From an uncultured Bacilli bacterium (GTDB lineage Bacteria > Bacillota_I > Bacilli_A > RF39 > UBA660), in NCBI GenBank assembly GCA_947626655.1, contig CANQTA010000003.1, forward strand, positions 1 to 55,366: 55,366 nt of DNA, read 5' to 3'. The translations under genes were made by a program, and so were the position numbers. Below the pieces are notes generated by a model. It did no database searches, had not been told where the DNA came from, and saw nothing but the letters and a program-made list of their open reading frames with translations. Of the stretch, positions 1 through 8,917 are shown in pieces. Numbering within the stretch: the stretch's first letter is position 1; every line of letters begins with the position of its first letter.

Positions 1-117
1 CAATTATTAATCTTGGTAAGATATTTGTTAATACCAATGGTATTAACAAACTAAAATATTTTAGTTTGTTAATACCAATGGTATTAACAAACTAAAATAT
101 TTTAGTTTGGCTTTCAT
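1..117 (-). pseudogene. 5' end of a putative exported/membrane protein gene, frameshifted by a 41-bp duplication; runs off the window
   Basis: ATG at 117 with AAAGGA upstream. As written it reads MKAKLKYFSLLIPLVLTN* (TAA at 61-63). Removing one 41-bp unit gives an open, signal-peptide-like MKAKLKYFSLLIPLVLTNILPRLII to the window edge. Confidence 0.45.
24..109. repeat. 41-bp tandem repeat (about 2.1 copies) built from abutting palindromes
   Basis: TTTGTTAATACCAATGGTATTAACAAACTAAAATATTTTAG occurs at 24-64 and 65-105. It contains the perfect inverted repeats TTTGTTAATACCA-A-TGGTATTAACAAA and CTAAAATATTTTAG. Confidence 0.95.
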
Positions 118-322
118 CTCTTTTTCTTTTCCTTTCTTACTTACATATACTTCTTACTATGTATATCTTGTTTTAATTATAATAATTATTTCTGTTTATT
201 TCAACATATTTGTTGTAAATTATTATTCAAAACTTTATCAAAAAACTTGTTCAAAAAAGGATTTATTGCTAAAATATAAATAGGAAGTGCGAATGAAGTA
301 GCACTACCAAATAATGGTATGG

Positions 323-421
323 CTAATCCAATAGGGTTAGCATTTTTAATATAACAATTACTAAAAGCAATGTTAACATAAATATTATTTTAATAAGTAA
401 ATCTACTCGATTTGTTCTCAT
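323..421 (-). CDS. 32-aa hydrophobic small protein, possibly the 5' half of a frameshifted 73-aa two-TM protein (201-421)
   Basis: Strong SD AAAGGAGG (430-437) 8 nt before the ATG. Translation: MRTNRVDLLIKIIFMLTLLLVIVILKMLTLLD*. Below the ORF-track length cutoff. Confidence 0.55.
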   Translation of the reverse strand: MRTNRVDLLIKIIFMLTLLLVIVILKMLTLLD

Positions 422-549
422 TATTTATACCTCCTTTATTATCCAAAACCCCCTAGTATTAAGAATTGCGGACACTAAAGTTGTAATGGTAATGCTTTCC
501 CCTTGCACCTCCACGTTCATTTAAACATAAATAACCTAAAAAAGCAAAT

Positions 550-639
550 TGCGAAATCTCTAGAGATTTTGCATTAAATTTTTGCCAAATATCTATAAAT
601 TTCGCACAAAAAAATTACCAAATCTCTAGAAATTTGGCA
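550..639. repeat. Three 24-bp imperfect palindromes at an exact 33-bp period
   Basis: 550-573 TGCGAAATCTCTAGAGATTTTGCA; 583-606 TGCCAAATATCTATAAATTTCGCA; 616-639 TACCAAATCTCTAGAAATTTGGCA. A fourth copy is at 16073-16096. Confidence 0.9.
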
Positions 640-642
640 ATT
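608..642 (-). terminator. Probable intrinsic terminator of LRR copy A (third palindrome plus U-tract)
   Basis: On the minus strand the hairpin TTGCCAAATTTCTAGAGATTTGGTAA is followed by T7, about 50 nt after the stop codon. Confidence 0.65.
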
Positions 643-693
643 TACTACTTTTGACATAAATTTGACACTTTTTATAATATTTTATTTAATTTT

Positions 694-3240
694 TTAATAA
701 GCAATAACTTGACTATTGTTATTTTCACCTAAAGATTCTTTAAGTCTATCTTTGACCCATTCAACTTGAGAAGACTCGGTATAGACTGTTATTTCAGGTA
801 AAACTGGTGAATATTGATTACCATATATCCAATCACCACCAAACATGGCTGAATATTTATATTTATCAGTTATAGCATTGTATGTTGTTTTTGGAAGTTT
901 TACTTCTTTTAATTTTTCATCACCAGCAAACATTTTTGACACATCAGTTAATTTCGAAATATTCCAGTTACTTAAATCCACACTTTCTAAACTTGTACAT
1001 CTTTCAAACATACCATTACCTCCCCAAAAATTAGATCCCATGCTATTAACTTTTGAGACATCCCAGTTGGCTATCGGACTTAAATCTTTTATTTGACTTG
1101 AATAAGAAAACATTCCGCTCATATCTGTTACATTCTTCGTATTCCAACTCGATATTGGTGTTAAATCTGTTATTTGTGTATTAGCAAACATTCGAGTCAT
1201 ACTAGTTAAGGAAGACACTTTCCAATTACTTAAGGCACTAAAATCTTTTATTTGATTTGAATATTCAAACATCGAATTCATACTTGTTACATTAGATACT
1301 TTCCAATCTGCTATCGGACTTAAATCACTTATCTTTAGATTATAAAACATACTATTCATATTGGTAACATTGGAAACATCCCAATTTTTAATAGGAGTTA
1401 AATCGGTTATTAAAGTACTTGCGAAAATTCCTCCTATATTAGTAATTTTTGATATATTCAAATCTTGTAGAGGGGTTAAATCGGTTATTTTTGTGCCTGA
1501 AAAAATATTTCCTATATTTGTAACACTTTTGATATCCCAATTATTTATAAAAGTGATATCATTTATTGGAGTGCCAGCAAACATACTAGACATATCAGTA
1601 ACATTTGAGACATCCCAGTTTATTATAGGATTTATGTCAGTGATTAAAGTGTTAGCAAACATGCTTTTCGTATCGGTTACATTTGAAATTTGCCAATCGG
1701 ATAAGGGATTTAAATTATTAATTTGAGTATTAGAAAACATATATGCCATATATTCTACTTTTGATACATCCCAATTGGTTATTGGACTTAAATCTTTTAT
1801 TTTTGTTATTTGAAATGTTTGTGTCATATCTTTCACATTAGAAACATCCCAGTTTGAAATTGGGGTTATATCATTTATTAAAGTTCCTGAAAATGTACCA
1901 CTAAGTGTAGTTACTTTAGATATATTCCAATTTTTAAGTGCTGATAAACTTGTTATCTTACTATCACGAAATGTCCAAGTCAAATTAGTAACGTTTTGAA
2001 CATTCCAATTTTTTAATGATGATATATCAGCTATTTTAGTATCGCTAAATGTATAGTCTAATTTATTTAATTTTTTTGTATTCCAATTTAATAGAGCGCT
2101 TATATCTATTAAATTATTTGCATGATAAAACATACCACCTATACTAGTAACATTAGATACATCCCAATTTGATAAGGCACTGATATCTATTAAATTAGTA
2201 TTATTTTCAAACAAATCTATCATATTTGTTACTTCACTAGTATCTAAAACATCACCAGATATTTTCTTTAAATTAGTAAAGTTATAAAAAGCATAACTCA
2301 TATTTTGCGGTGCTCGCATTGGTCCATTTGCTCCTATATATAAATCATATCTATCATTTTCATTCGGTGTTTCTTCTAACCACCCCATTACTTCATCTAA
2401 CTTGGTACCTCTTTCCGTATCTCCTAATTCCCATGTCTTAATGGCTTTAGAAGTGTCGATGTAATCTACTAAATAGATATTTTATATCTTTTGATATAGT
2501 CCTTCTTCATCATAAAATATTGAAACAGTTTTATTTGTTTCTGTACCATTTTGCATTTTTTTTATATTTTTATTTAACTTAACTAAGTATTTATAGGTAC
2601 CGTTTTCATGACAGACCATATTCTCAGCTTCAATACTTACATTTAGCATTTTGTTCGATATATAGTTTTGATAAGACGATTTATTAATTAACTCCACTAT
2701 GGCACTTAAATAATCACTACTATCTCCATCTATTTCAAATGTTGTATTATATACTTTGGTGTTATTTACTTTTAAAGTACTTAAATCTAGTGTTTCATCT
2801 AATCCTAAACCTTTTAAATATAATAGTACGTCTTCTTTTTCTAACACACTTCCCATACTACCATTATCAATGTTTAAGATTACTTTGATATCCCCACTAC
2901 AGCTATATCTCATATTTTCCATACCTTTAGATGATACTTCAATTATATTGTGAGTTCCTTCTTCTTTGGTTTCCTCATATCTATTGTTTTTATCTACTGC
3001 TCCATAATAACTTCCTACATTTGCTAATTTCATATCATTATTATCCACATGGATATGAATATTATCATATAATGTACTTACTGATAAGGAATGTTTCTTG
3101 GGGGTATTTGCTGTTATCATAGTTTTACTACCATTACCACTTACTGTTACACTAAAATAGGCATATGTTGCACTTATTATTAGTAGTAACATTATCAAAA
3201 CTCCCACTAAGCTTATTATCATTTTTTTATTATTCTTCAT
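694..3240 (-). pseudogene. DUF285/BspA-type LRR surface protein, copy A (about 848 codons), interrupted by an in-frame TAA at 2482-2484
   Basis: ORFs 2482-3240 and 694-2388 are in the same frame. It reads YQKI*NIYLVDY where copy B has YQKIQNIYLVDY (CAA to TAA). About 17 repeats of ~26 aa (WDVSNVTNMxxMF...IxDLxPI). N-terminal K-rich/hydrophobic/ATYAYF signal. Confidence 0.9.
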
Positions 3241-3414
3241 CTTTTACCTCTTTCTTTGTTTATTATATTAGTGGTAATATTAAATATAATTTTCATTTGC
3301 ACATACTTACCTACTTTCTATGTTATTTATTATATCACATTTTGACAAATAATCCGACATTTTTTAAAAAAATATATGTATAAATGTCAAAATTAGTTAT
3401 GGATGTGAATAATT

Positions 3415-3867
3415 ATGCTAGGAGATAAATTGAAAGAAATAAGAATTTATAATGATTTAACCCAAAGAGAATTAGCTTCTATTTTAAATGTTAGTCGCTC
3501 TACTTATGCTGGTTATGAAAATGGTATTGATTGGATACCTTTAAAAAAACTTAACCTTTTCTGTAATTTTTTTAACTTAAGTCTAGATTATGTATGTGGT
3601 CTTACAACAAATAAAATTTGTAATACTGAAAAAGATGATATAAATAATAATATTGTTGCTAATAATTTAAAAACCATACGTAAAAATCATAAACATACGC
3701 AAAAATTTGTTGCTGATAAGTTGAAAACTACTAGGTCAAATTATTCTAACTATGAACAAGGAATTTCGCTAATATTAACATTTTATATAATTGATTTTGC
3801 TAAACTATATAATGTTTCTATTGACTTTATTTGTGGTAAATCTAAAGAAATGCAAATAAAAAAATAG
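3415..3867 (+). CDS. XRE-family regulator with two tandem HTH domains, divergent from LRR copy A
   Basis: Two HTH_3-like units: LKEIR..LTQRELASILNVSRSTYAGYENG and LKTIRK..TQKFVADKLKTTRSNYSNYEQG, each ending in SLDY/SIDF..G. Confidence 0.9.
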   Translation: MLGDKLKEIRIYNDLTQRELASILNVSRSTYAGYENGIDWIPLKKLNLFCNFFNLSLDYVCGLTTNKICNTEKDDINNNIVANNLKTIRKNHKHTQKFVADKLKTTRSNYSNYEQGISLILTFYIIDFAKLYNVSIDFICGKSKEMQIKK

Positions 3868-3894
3868 CAGATTACTAAATATCTGTTATTTTTT
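3858..3894. terminator. Bidirectional intrinsic terminator
   Basis: AAAATAGCAGAT-tactaaat-ATCTGTTATTTT between convergent genes, with A and T tracts on both sides. Confidence 0.75.
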
Positions 3895-3895
3895 A

Positions 3896-4387
3896 TTATT
3901 CTTGACTTTTATGTTTAATAATTTGATAATTTTCTACTAGAGATGCTAAAGATATAGCACAGTTAGCTGGAGATGGTGAATATAACAAAATAGCTGGTAT
4001 CGTAGTTTGTGGATAAATATATTTATTATATAATTCATAAGATTTTTTACCGGTTGTAAATATATATTTTATATTGGTATTTTTAATTAATTTTTTAATA
4101 TTATTAACTTTAACATTTTTAATACTACTATCTTTAGAGTCAGTAATTGTACAAGATTTAATCGTATCCCATAATGCAATATGATGTGTTAGTAAAAAAT
4201 TTGTTTTACTTTCTATATCATTTGGTATTTTTTCATTAAAAACTATTTCTAAAACTGACCAAAAACGATTTTGAGGATGCATGTAATAAAAACCTAATTC
4301 TCTTGATTTTATTGAAGGCATTGTTCCTAATATTAAAACTTTACTATCTTTATTAAAGATTGGTTCTAAAGGATGGATGATTTTCAT
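3896..4387 (-). CDS. UDG-superfamily DNA glycosylase (DNA-deoxyinosine/family 6 type)
   Basis: HP..P, LILGTMPSIKSR..GFYYxHPQNRFW, IALWD and SPSPAN motifs. Confidence 0.85.
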   Translation of the reverse strand: MKIIHPLEPIFNKDSKVLILGTMPSIKSRELGFYYMHPQNRFWSVLEIVFNEKIPNDIESKTNFLLTHHIALWDTIKSCTITDSKDSSIKNVKVNNIKKLIKNTNIKYIFTTGKKSYELYNKYIYPQTTIPAILLYSPSPANCAISLASLVENYQIIKHKSQE

Positions 4388-5175
4388 TTACATCTCTTTT
4401 CTATATAATTATTCATTATATCTTTAATATCTAACATTTTAATTTTAGTTAAATGATTAGTATAATTAAATTTATCTATTAATACATTTATATAATTATT
4501 TTCTTTAACTATTTTGTAGGATTCTTTAAAGTTTAAATCAAAAACAAAGGCTAAAACACATACATAACAGTCCAGAATTGTAATTCGATCACGGAGATCT
4601 ACTGATTTATTTTGTTTGACTGTTTCATATATTTTATCTGTTAAAGAAGAATTAGCTATTTTTTCTTGGACACTAAAGCATTCAGAGAAGATTGCTTCAA
4701 TATCATCATCGCGAGCAATTCGAAAATTATCCAATTTATCAGCATCTCTTATGATATTAGCATGTAATAAAGTTCTAGTATCTAGTCCATCTTCGACATA
4801 TAAACGACTGTGATTATTAATCGCTTTTTTTATTATATTATCGTATTTATCATCTTTAATAAATTCTCTTATTAAGTTATTTTCAAATAACATTTTTACT
4901 CCATAAGCAGCATGATCAAATTTAACATTATCAAACTTATCTTTTAACTCTAATTCAGCAAACCTCCCTATATCGTGGAGAAGTGCAATTAATTCTGCTA
5001 ACTTAATATCTTCAGCAGTTAAATTTAACTTTTGAGCAATTAATTTTGATAATTCAACAACATGATAAGTGTGAACCTCTTTTAACTTAAATCCTAGTTT
5101 ATCTTTATTTTTATAAGTATTTAAATAATTTTGAAAGGCTTGTTTAGCTTCATCGATATCTATCATAAATAACAC
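4384..5175 (-). CDS. HD-domain phosphohydrolase
   Basis: HT..V, ALLHDIGRF, FDHA, NHS and IRDADKLDN motifs. Confidence 0.85.
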   Translation of the reverse strand: MLFMIDIDEAKQAFQNYLNTYKNKDKLGFKLKEVHTYHVVELSKLIAQKLNLTAEDIKLAELIALLHDIGRFAELELKDKFDNVKFDHAAYGVKMLFENNLIREFIKDDKYDNIIKKAINNHSRLYVEDGLDTRTLLHANIIRDADKLDNFRIARDDDIEAIFSECFSVQEKIANSSLTDKIYETVKQNKSVDLRDRITILDCYVCVLAFVFDLNFKESYKIVKENNYINVLIDKFNYTNHLTKIKMLDIKDIMNNYIEKRCK

Positions 5176-5236
5176 CTATTTATATTTTAACATATTTATA
5201 TAGGAATATTAAATAAAAATAAATTAATTAGACAGC

Positions 5237-5264
5237 AAAAAAGCCCATACATATAAGGGCTTTT
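5237..5264 (-). terminator. Intrinsic terminator after rpsI
   Basis: Minus strand AAAAGCCC-ttatatgtat-GGGCTTTTTT. Confidence 0.8.
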
Positions 5265-5281
5265 GAAACATTGAAATAATT

Positions 5282-5701
5282 TTAACGTTTACTAAATTGT
5301 GGAGCACGACGAGCTTTCTTTAAACCATATTTCTTACGTTCTTTAACTCTTGGATCTCTAGTAACAAATCCAGCACTTTTAAGAATATGACGATAACTAT
5401 CTTCTCTAGTTTGATCAGTATTTTTGTCAAATTCTAATAAAGCTCTTGTAATAGCCAATCTAATAGCACCAGCTTGACCACTGAAACCACCACCATTAAC
5501 AGTTACATCGATATCAAATCTATTTTCATTTTGAGTGGCTACTAATGGTTGTTTTAAATCCATTACAAGTGTTGCAAATGGCATATAATCATCAACATCA
5601 ACACCATTAACAGTAATACGGCCAGTTCCCCCAACTAATTTTACTTGGGCGATAGCTCTTTTTCTTCTGCCTGTTGCAGTCCATACTTGTTTACTTGCCA
5701 T
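5282..5701 (-). CDS. rpsI: 30S ribosomal protein S9
   Basis: [44 protein letters not shown]. Confidence 0.99.
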   Translation of the reverse strand: MASKQVWTATGRRKRAIAQVKLVGGTGRITVNGVDVDDYMPFATLVMDLKQPLVATQNENRFDIDVTVNGGGFSGQAGAIRLAITRALLEFDKNTDQTREDSYRHILKSAGFVTRDPRVKERKKYGLKKARRAPQFSKR

Positions 5702-5709
5702 AAGTCCTC

Positions 5710-6141
5710 CTATTTAATTTCTATTGCTACTGGTTTTTGAGCTTCATGTTTATGTTCACTACCAGCATAAACAAATAACTTTTTACCCATAGCTCTTCCT
5801 AATCTATTATGGGGAAGCATTCCTTTTACGGCTCTTTCAAGCATTTCTTCAGGATATGATTCAACCATAACTTTAGCAGTTCTTTCTCTAAGACCTCCAG
5901 GATATCCGGAATGATTATAGTACTTTTTATCTTCTAGTTTATTTCCTGTTAATACTACATCCTTAGCGTTAATAATAATTACATAATCACCACAGTCTAC
6001 ATATGGTGTATAAGTAGGTTTGTGTTTTCCACGTAAGATATGGGCTGCTTTAGTAGCAACTCTACCTAATGGTTTTCCAGCAGCATCAATAACTACCCAT
6101 TGTCTTTCAATGTTTTCTTTTTTTTGCAAAAATGTTTTCAT
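5710..6141 (-). CDS. rplM: 50S ribosomal protein L13 (start moved to ATG 6141)
   Basis: [36 protein letters not shown] precedes ATG 6141, so the track start at 6198 lies in the leader. Confidence 0.98.
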   Translation of the reverse strand: MKTFLQKKENIERQWVVIDAAGKPLGRVATKAAHILRGKHKPTYTPYVDCGDYVIIINAKDVVLTGNKLEDKKYYNHSGYPGGLRERTAKVMVESYPEEMLERAVKGMLPHNRLGRAMGKKLFVYAGSEHKHEAQKPVAIEIK

Positions 6142-6213
6142 AATATATCCTTTCATTATGTTATCTATTAAACTTTCCCACGGCTTAATAAACTTCATAA
6201 ATAAAATGTACCA
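6142..6213 (-). ncRNA. Putative L13 (rplM-rpsI) leader element
   Basis: Lies between the consensus promoter and rplM. Contains TAAGCCGTGGGAAAG, which resembles the Firmicutes L13 leader (recognition by eye). Confidence 0.4.
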
Positions 6214-6219
6214 TTTAAA

Positions 6220-6248
6220 ATTATAGGTAAAAAGTAGGATTTTGTCAA
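6220..6248 (-). promoter_or_regulatory. Consensus sigma-A promoter for rplM-rpsI
   Basis: TTGACA (6243-6248), 17 nt, TATAAT (6220-6225). Confidence 0.9.
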
Positions 6249-6302
6249 TTAAAATCGTACTTTCTACCCTAATTTTATTAAAAAAATTGTTAAATATGTA
6301 AA

Positions 6303-7007
6303 TTAGTACTCAATATGGATCAAATATAAACCTTGAGGGGAAGCAGTTGGTAACCTTTTAGAAATTTTATTATCTAACATCTTTTGAATTACTTCTTGGT
6401 TAATCTTACCTTTTCCTATTTCAATTAAAGCCCCGACTAAATTGCGAACCATATAGCGATAAAAAGCTAAACCTTTAAACTTTAAATACAAAACAGAACC
6501 AATTTTAAATATATGGATATCAAAAATAGTTGAAGTATAATTAAGGCGTTCGCCAGCTACAAAATTCCGAAAATCATGAGTTCCTAAGAAAAGTTGGCTA
6601 GCTTCTTGCATTTTTTTTATATCCAATTTATTTTTAAGAAGTAGATAGTAATTATTATCTTTTTGATTAGTTAAAGCAATTTTATATAAATAAGTTTTGG
6701 ATTTAACACTATGACGAGCATGGAAATCATTTGCTACTTTTTGAACTTTTTTTACATGAATATCAGTTAAAAGATTATTAAGTTTCTTCCGTAAATTAAA
6801 AATATTTTGATTAACTTCAAAGTGCACTACTTGATATTTAGCATGAACTTTAGCATCGGTGCGGCCAGCCCCTTTTACCAAAATTTGTTGATGATACAAT
6901 TTACTTAAAGCTGATTCTAATTCACTTTGGACATTTCTAGCATTGTTTTGTCTTTGAAAACCATGAAATTTAGCGCCATCATAAGCTACTACGAGCATCA
7001 GTTTCAT
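6303..7007 (-). CDS. truA: tRNA pseudouridine(38-40) synthase
   Basis: [43 protein letters not shown]. Confidence 0.97.
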   Translation of the reverse strand: MKLMLVVAYDGAKFHGFQRQNNARNVQSELESALSKLYHQQILVKGAGRTDAKVHAKYQVVHFEVNQNIFNLRKKLNNLLTDIHVKKVQKVANDFHARHSVKSKTYLYKIALTNQKDNNYYLLLKNKLDIKKMQEASQLFLGTHDFRNFVAGERLNYTSTIFDIHIFKIGSVLYLKFKGLAFYRYMVRNLVGALIEIGKGKINQEVIQKMLDNKISKRLPTASPQGLYLIHIEY

Positions 7008-7564
7008 GTTACACTCCGATAAATATCCTTTATTAATTCATTAATATCAGTTGTTTTTTGCAATATTGGTTGATTAGTATTAACATAATTTATAAAATCT
7101 ATTATTTTAGGAATACGAACCCATTTAAATAATTCTTTATCAAAAAAATCACTAGTTTCATAAACTACAATTCGATCAAAAATAACATAAATTCTTTTTA
7201 CTAAATCAAAGAATACTTGAATATCGTTATCAATAACTATAATATTTTTATTATAATCACTATTTAATTTAATAAATAATTTCTTCATATATTCTTGAGT
7301 TTTATAATTAAGAGTATTAGATAAATTGCCAATAATAATAGTTTTATCATGTAACTTTGTGGCCAGTTCAACTTTAAATTGTTCACTTAAAGTTAAATCT
7401 TTTACTACTTTATCTTTGATACTAGCATCTAAATCCACTATTTTTAAAGCTTTATCAATATCTTTAATATTTAAATCTTTTACGAAAGCATTTTGATTTA
7501 AATTACTTTGATAGGTACTACAAATACCAATAATACCGTAATCTTTCACTAAATTTAGGGCCAT
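7004..7564 (-). CDS. Degenerate EcfA2 (ECF ATPase)-like protein lacking catalytic motifs
   Basis: Sits in the ecf position just upstream of truA. LTLSEQFKVELA aligns with LSGGQ..RVAIA, IIIGN replaces LVLDE, IDND replaces VTHS. No Walker A. Confidence 0.65.
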   Translation of the reverse strand: MALNLVKDYGIIGICSTYQSNLNQNAFVKDLNIKDIDKALKIVDLDASIKDKVVKDLTLSEQFKVELATKLHDKTIIIGNLSNTLNYKTQEYMKKLFIKLNSDYNKNIIVIDNDIQVFFDLVKRIYVIFDRIVVYETSDFFDKELFKWVRIPKIIDFINYVNTNQPILQKTTDINELIKDIYRSVT

Positions 7565-8007
7565 AATACACCTCGTAATTCTTCTTTGTCTAGATATATT
7601 TTATCAAGAAGATTATAATCTTTTAAAAGAAGAGATAGATCAACCATAAATGGTAAATTTAAACCGATTCTTTTAATTAATTTAGTATTTTTTAAAACTT
7701 CTAAAGTGGGGCCTTCAATTAATATATTACTACGATCATAAATAATTAAATAGGCAGTTAATAAAGTAAATTCCATATTATTAGTAATATTAATAAATTT
7801 AATATGATTATTTTTTAAAAAAGTAAAAATTTCTTTAACTTTTTTTTCACTAAGATTATTTAAATTATTATAAAAAATAACATGAGTATATTTACATAAA
7901 TCTTCCATATTAAAATTATTATCAATAACATGATAATTAGGATATTTAGTTAATATATTTTTATTCAAATTTGTACTAACAATAGTAACATCTGTTTCTT
8001 TGTCCAT
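7555..8007 (-). CDS. Degenerate EcfA1 (ECF ATPase)-like protein, C-terminal portion only
   Basis: INITNNMEF..LIIY..ILIEGPTLEVL..IGLNLPF..L..LL...YL..EEL...LW matches the EcfA1 C-terminus. Its stop overlaps the next start, as in ecfA1/ecfA2. Confidence 0.7.
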   Translation of the reverse strand: MDKETDVTIVSTNLNKNILTKYPNYHVIDNNFNMEDLCKYTHVIFYNNLNNLSEKKVKEIFTFLKNNHIKFINITNNMEFTLLTAYLIIYDRSNILIEGPTLEVLKNTKLIKRIGLNLPFMVDLSLLLKDYNLLDKIYLDKEELRGVLWP

Positions 8008-8014
8008 TTGATAC

Positions 8015-8917
8015 CTACTTTTCTTTCTTTAAATCTTGTTCTTTGATTTTTCTTAAACGAATAAAATGATGATTAATTCCCGATTTACCAACTTTATAAT
8101 CCGTTTCCATACTGATAATGTCCGCTAATTCTTGAAAAGATGCCTCAGGATATTTTTTACGATAGTTAATAACTATTTTTAATTTATCATCTACTAAAGA
8201 TATTAAATTATTTTTTTCTAAATATTCAATATCTTCTAAACTTTGTAAACCACTTTTAATAGTTTTTTCTTGATTAGCTAGTTCACAATTGTTAAGGCGA
8301 TTGACCATATTTTTATGGTCACGATAAATACGAGTATCTTCAAATTCAAATAAAGAATTAATAGCGCGAAACATTTTTATTAAATCACTAATACTTTCAC
8401 TCATTTTAATATAAGATATGTATTTATTACTTCTTTTTATGACTTTAGCATTTAAATGAAAATAGTTTAATAATTTAGCGATATAATCGGCATCTTTTTT
8501 CTTATCTAAGATATATTCTAAATGATAACCACTTGTTTTAGGATTAGAAACATTACCAATACCGAGAAAAGCTCCTTTTAAATAGGCTATTTTTTCTTCA
8601 TCACTATCTAAAGTGGGAACTTTATTTAAGTTAAGAGAATTTTTAATATAGGCAATATTTTCAACTATATCTAAAATATAAATTTGTTTAACTCGAAATC
8701 TTTTTTGAATACGGACAGTTATTTTAGGTGTAGTATTAAAAATAGCTTTTATAATTTGATAAATAAAGCGTGTTACTGAAGCATTTTCTAAAGTAATAGT
8801 TATTTTATCACCAAAGGTTGCATTATATCTTAAAAAAGCTTCAATTATACAGCGTGATTCAATTTCATTATTTAAAGATTTACTAATTTCTTCTTTTAAC
8901 CTAGTCGTGAAGGTCAT
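8015..8917 (-). CDS. whiA: DNA-binding protein WhiA
   Basis: MTFT..KEE, YLKGAFLG.G.VSNPKTSGYHLE, NMVNRLNNCELAN..KT, KSGINH. Confidence 0.95.
   Translation of the reverse strand: MTFTTRLKEEISKSLNNEIESRCIIEAFLRYNATFGDKITITLENASVTRFIYQIIKAIFNTTPKITVRIQKRFRVKQIYILDIVENIAYIKNSLNLNKVPTLDSDEEKIAYLKGAFLGIGNVSNPKTSGYHLEYILDKKKDADYIAKLLNYFHLNAKVIKRSNKYISYIKMSESISDLIKMFRAINSLFEFEDTRIYRDHKNMVNRLNNCELANQEKTIKSGLQSLEDIEYLEKNNLISLVDDKLKIVINYRKKYPEASFQELADIISMETDYKVGKSGINHHFIRLRKIKEQDLKKEK

Noticed and set aside
459-614. Minus-strand open stretch reading ...ERGGARGKHYHYNFSVRNS (HUH-like HYH)
   Set aside because: About 50 codons with no start codon plus SD, running through the palindromes; too little to call a Y1/RAYT remnant.
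550-639. CRISPR array
   Set aside because: Spacers are only 9 bp and low-complexity, the repeats are degenerate, and there are no cas genes in the window.
694-900. Diversity-generating retroelement acting on the LRR C-termini
   Set aside because: No reverse transcriptase in the window. The variable loops differ in length and at all four bases, not only at adenines, and no template repeat is visible.
2482-2484. Stop-codon recoding or genetic code 4
   Set aside because: TAA ends many core genes here, TGA terminates ftsX and map, and Trp is encoded by TGG. A simple nonsense change is more parsimonious.
3041-3049. DnaA box TTATCCACA (also near 18402)
   Set aside because: Single sites inside the paralogous LRR coding sequence (HVDN codons), with no cluster and no dnaA.
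845-3383. Short plus-strand ORFs in the track (845, 1361, 2756, 2931, 3165; likewise 4616, 6020, 12170, 17127, 18123, 18295, 26016, 55162)
   Set aside because: Antisense shadows of real genes with no SD or motif. Their recurrence in both LRR copies just reflects paralogy.
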